Origin: Leucoraja ocellata
Lineage: Eukaryota
Reading direction: 5' to 3'
Length of the DNA stretch: 64,000 nt
Assembly: GCA_036785375.1 (NCBI GenBank)
Contig: JAWMAR010000478.1
Span: forward strand, 62,001-126,000
The notes below the pieces were generated by a model that was not told the DNA's origin, searched no databases, and worked only from the letters and a program-made list of their open reading frames with translations. The translations under genes and the position numbers were made by a program. How positions within the stretch are numbered: position 1 is the first letter of the stretch; every line of letters begins with the position of its first letter. Shown one piece after another: positions 61,181-64,000 of this stretch.

Positions 61181-63010
61181 AAGCCTGTTAAGGGCTTTGT
61201 ATACATTTAGGAGGAGCTTGAAGTTGATTCTGTACCATATTGCGAGCCAGTGGAGAGAGGCCAGAGTCGGGGTGATGTGGTCCCTTTTACGTGTACCCGT
61301 AAGAAGTCGCGCTGCGGCTTTTGGACCACTTACGATCGAGACAGAGATGACTGGCTGATGCCAGTGTGTCGGGAGTTGCAGTAATCAAGGCGAGAGGAGA
61401 TGAATGCATGGATGATTTTTTCAAGTTCATCAAAGTGGAGAAATGGTTTGATTTAATTGTCGTGTGAAGCTGGAAGATGAGCTTTTATCACAGCATTGAC
61501 CTGTTTGTCAAACTTTAATGCGGAGGCAAATATCACGTCAATGTTTTGACGTGCGGTTGAGTAGCTTCCAAGGCTGTTTGTTACCGTTTTGATGGTGTCC
61601 GAAGGGGCGAGTAGGATGGCCTCAGACTTGCTCTCGTTTAGTTGGAGGAAGTTCTGCGCCATCCAACACTTTATATCCTCGAGGCATTGCATGAGGCTGA
61701 GTAGAAGTGGTCGGTTGTTGGGTTTCAAGGGGAGCATATACAGAGAGAAGAGAATGGGGCCTAGGATGGAGCCTTGTGGAACGCTGTAGAAAAGGCTGGC
61801 TGGGGAAGAGAAAGAGTTGCCTATTTTGATAGAGAAACTCCTATCTTTGAGGTAGGAAACGAACCAGCTCAGGGCAGCGGTACGGGGCAGCTCGGCCCCG
61901 TACCGGAGACAGTCAATTGGTGTGGTCCACTGTATTAAACGCTGCGCTGAGATCGAGAAAGAGCAGGATTGCACAGTCACCGGAGTCAATGGCGAGAAGC
62001 AGGTCATTGTGAACCTTCACCAAGGCAGACTCTGTGCTGTGGTGGGCCCTGAAACCAGATTGGAAACTTTCCAGGATGGTATTTTGGTGTAGGTAATGCA
62101 TGAGTTGTTTTTTTCTTATAGAAACTTACAGAATTCTTAAGGGGTTGGACAGGCTAGATGCAGGAAGATTGTTCCCGATGTTGGGGGAAGTTTAGACTTG
62201 TGGCTAAAGGGATCTGGGGGTATGGAGAGAAGGCAGGTACGGGATACTGAGTTGGATGATCAGCCATGATCATGTTGAATGGCCTCTACTCCTGCACCTA
62301 TTTTCTATGTTTCTATTTAGAATTACCTTTTCAAGGACTTTTGAAAGGAAAGGCAGTTTGGAAATAGGTATGTAGCTACTAGGCAAGGTGGGGTCTAGGT
62401 TAATATTTTTTCAGGAGGGGCTGGACCACCGCATGCTTGAAACAGGTTGGAACAGTTCTAGTGGCCAGAGAACCGTTGATGATAGAGCGGATGCTGGGAC
62501 CGGCTATTGCAATAACATCCTTGAGAAGGGCAGTGGGGACAACGTCGAGGGGGCAGGTAGCAGGTTTCATAATGGAGACAAGCTTTACAAGGGAGGGTAG
62601 AGTAACGGATTGGAAACAGTCTAATTTAGAAGACCAGACCAATGAGAATACTAGGTCACGGATGGGAGGGGAAATATTAATTCTAATGTTCTCAACTTTT
62701 CTCGTGAAGAATGTAATAAATTCTTCCCATTTAGCAGGTGACCCAGCTAAGCTGGTACTGGGGGCAGGACATATGACAGAGGTAATGGTACTAAATAAGA
62801 CCTTGGAATTGTGGGTGTTTTTGTAAATAAGGTCGGAAAAGTATTGTGTTGTGCTGACTTTACTGCTTCCTGGTATTTGAAAAGCGTGTTTCTCAGAAGG
62901 TCGAAGGAAATTTGAAGCTTATCAGATTTACACTTCCGTTCTGATTTTCTGCACTCTCTTCTTGGGGCTCTGGCGATGTCATTGAGCCAGGGCCAGCCTT
63001 TAGGCTTAGG
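61181..63010 (-). mobile_element. L2-clade LINE fragment (CR1 piece nested at ~62115-62315)
   Basis: [58 protein letters not shown]. Confidence 0.85.
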
Positions 63011-63254
63011 CTTTTTAGACTCGCCCAACACTTGGAACACTTTTCCTGCTTCTAGCTTGTCCAGTCCTTTTATAATTTTATATGTTTCTATACGACCCCC
63101 CTCGTCCTTCTAAACTTCAGTGAATACAAGCCTAGTCTTTTCAATCTTTCCTCATATGACAGTCACGCCATCCCAGGGATTAATCTCGTGAACCTACGCT
63201 GCACTGCCTCAATCACAAGGATGTCCTTCCTCAAATTAGGAGACCAAAACTGTA

Positions 63255-63620
63255 CACGCTTCAGGTGCAACGGTTTTGAGTAAATCGATGTCGAACCAAA
63301 CCGAATAAGGGTCAACAAGAACCAGATAGTGTTTCCCACGCCATTCGAATATATTACTGGCTTACGTGGACCACGGAGAGGAGGAACTGGGTGCGGCAGT
63401 ATAGGCTGTTTCTGCTGATGTGGTGTCAGGGTTTTTACATACAGCGCAAACTTCGGTTTTGTCACGTATGTACTTGGTCATACCAGGCCAATAAACCATG
63501 CTTTGTACCTGTTGCCCCACTTCTGACACCATGTAATGAGTCAAGTCAAACACATATCAAAATACAACACATGTTTATTAAATCTACTTATAGCATCGAT
63601 CACAGGACATTACAGTTCCG
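63255..63620 (-). mobile_element. Gypsy-like LTR retrotransposon integrase fragment, decayed
   Basis: VYWPGMTK.I.....CAVC (zf-H2C2), PHQQKQPILPHPVP, and FEWRGKHYLVLVD-like core in shifting frames. Confidence 0.7.
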
Positions 63621-64000
63621 AGCAGCGACTCATACTGAATGACGTAAGCAAGCTCTTGTTAATATAAAACGCATATTAGGCGGAGCCACTACTAACAAGC
63701 ACTACAATTAGCTGGCAGGAAATAACCAATCTACATATCCTTTTTCCGTCATGCCCGTTTCGTATCCTTTCGGCATCGTGTCCGTTCGGTGCCCTGGGTT
63801 CCATTTATTGGCTTCGACTTCTCGTCCTTCGATGTCCCATCCGCACACGAGTACTCACGGAGAGACTAATTGTTGTGTAGTACTTATGGAGTTACACACT
63901 GTGAAGTAGTGCTGATGGGGTGACATAATATGAGGTCATACTGATGGAGTGGGGGTAGTACTAAGAAAGCGAAACACTGTGATATGGTACCAATCAAGTG

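Overview
Repeat-dense vertebrate DNA, most likely a cartilaginous fish such as a skate or ray. This is inferred from HE1/V-SINE, CR1 and Penelope families and a dogfish-type trypsin. There are three assembly gaps (6309-6508, 12424-12553, 56276-56475). Host genes reconstructed by hand from splice sites: (1) A + strand Siglec-like inhibitory receptor gene (8657-32539): leader, V-set, three further Ig exons, TM and two cytoplasmic exons with two ITIM-type motifs. Its V exon is split by a Rex1/Babar insertion and its last two Ig exons are frameshifted. (2) A - strand copy of that gene's TM and cytoplasmic exons (52199-54374). It lies in a ~30-kb imperfect palindrome (~25.6-56.0 kb) whose centre is a hairpin element next to a truncated Izumo-like leader/CxxCD exon (42627-42755). 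(3) The last two exons of a trypsinogen (57388-58444) with an unusual Trp215->Leu. The rest is nested mobile DNA: a full-length but decayed DIRS element, non-autonomous Helitrons, CR1, L1, L2, Tx1, Rex1, Penelope, a solo LTR, a Gypsy integrase fragment, hAT and PIF MITEs, and SINEs. Gene identities come from motif recognition, not database searches. Most repeat boundaries are approximate.
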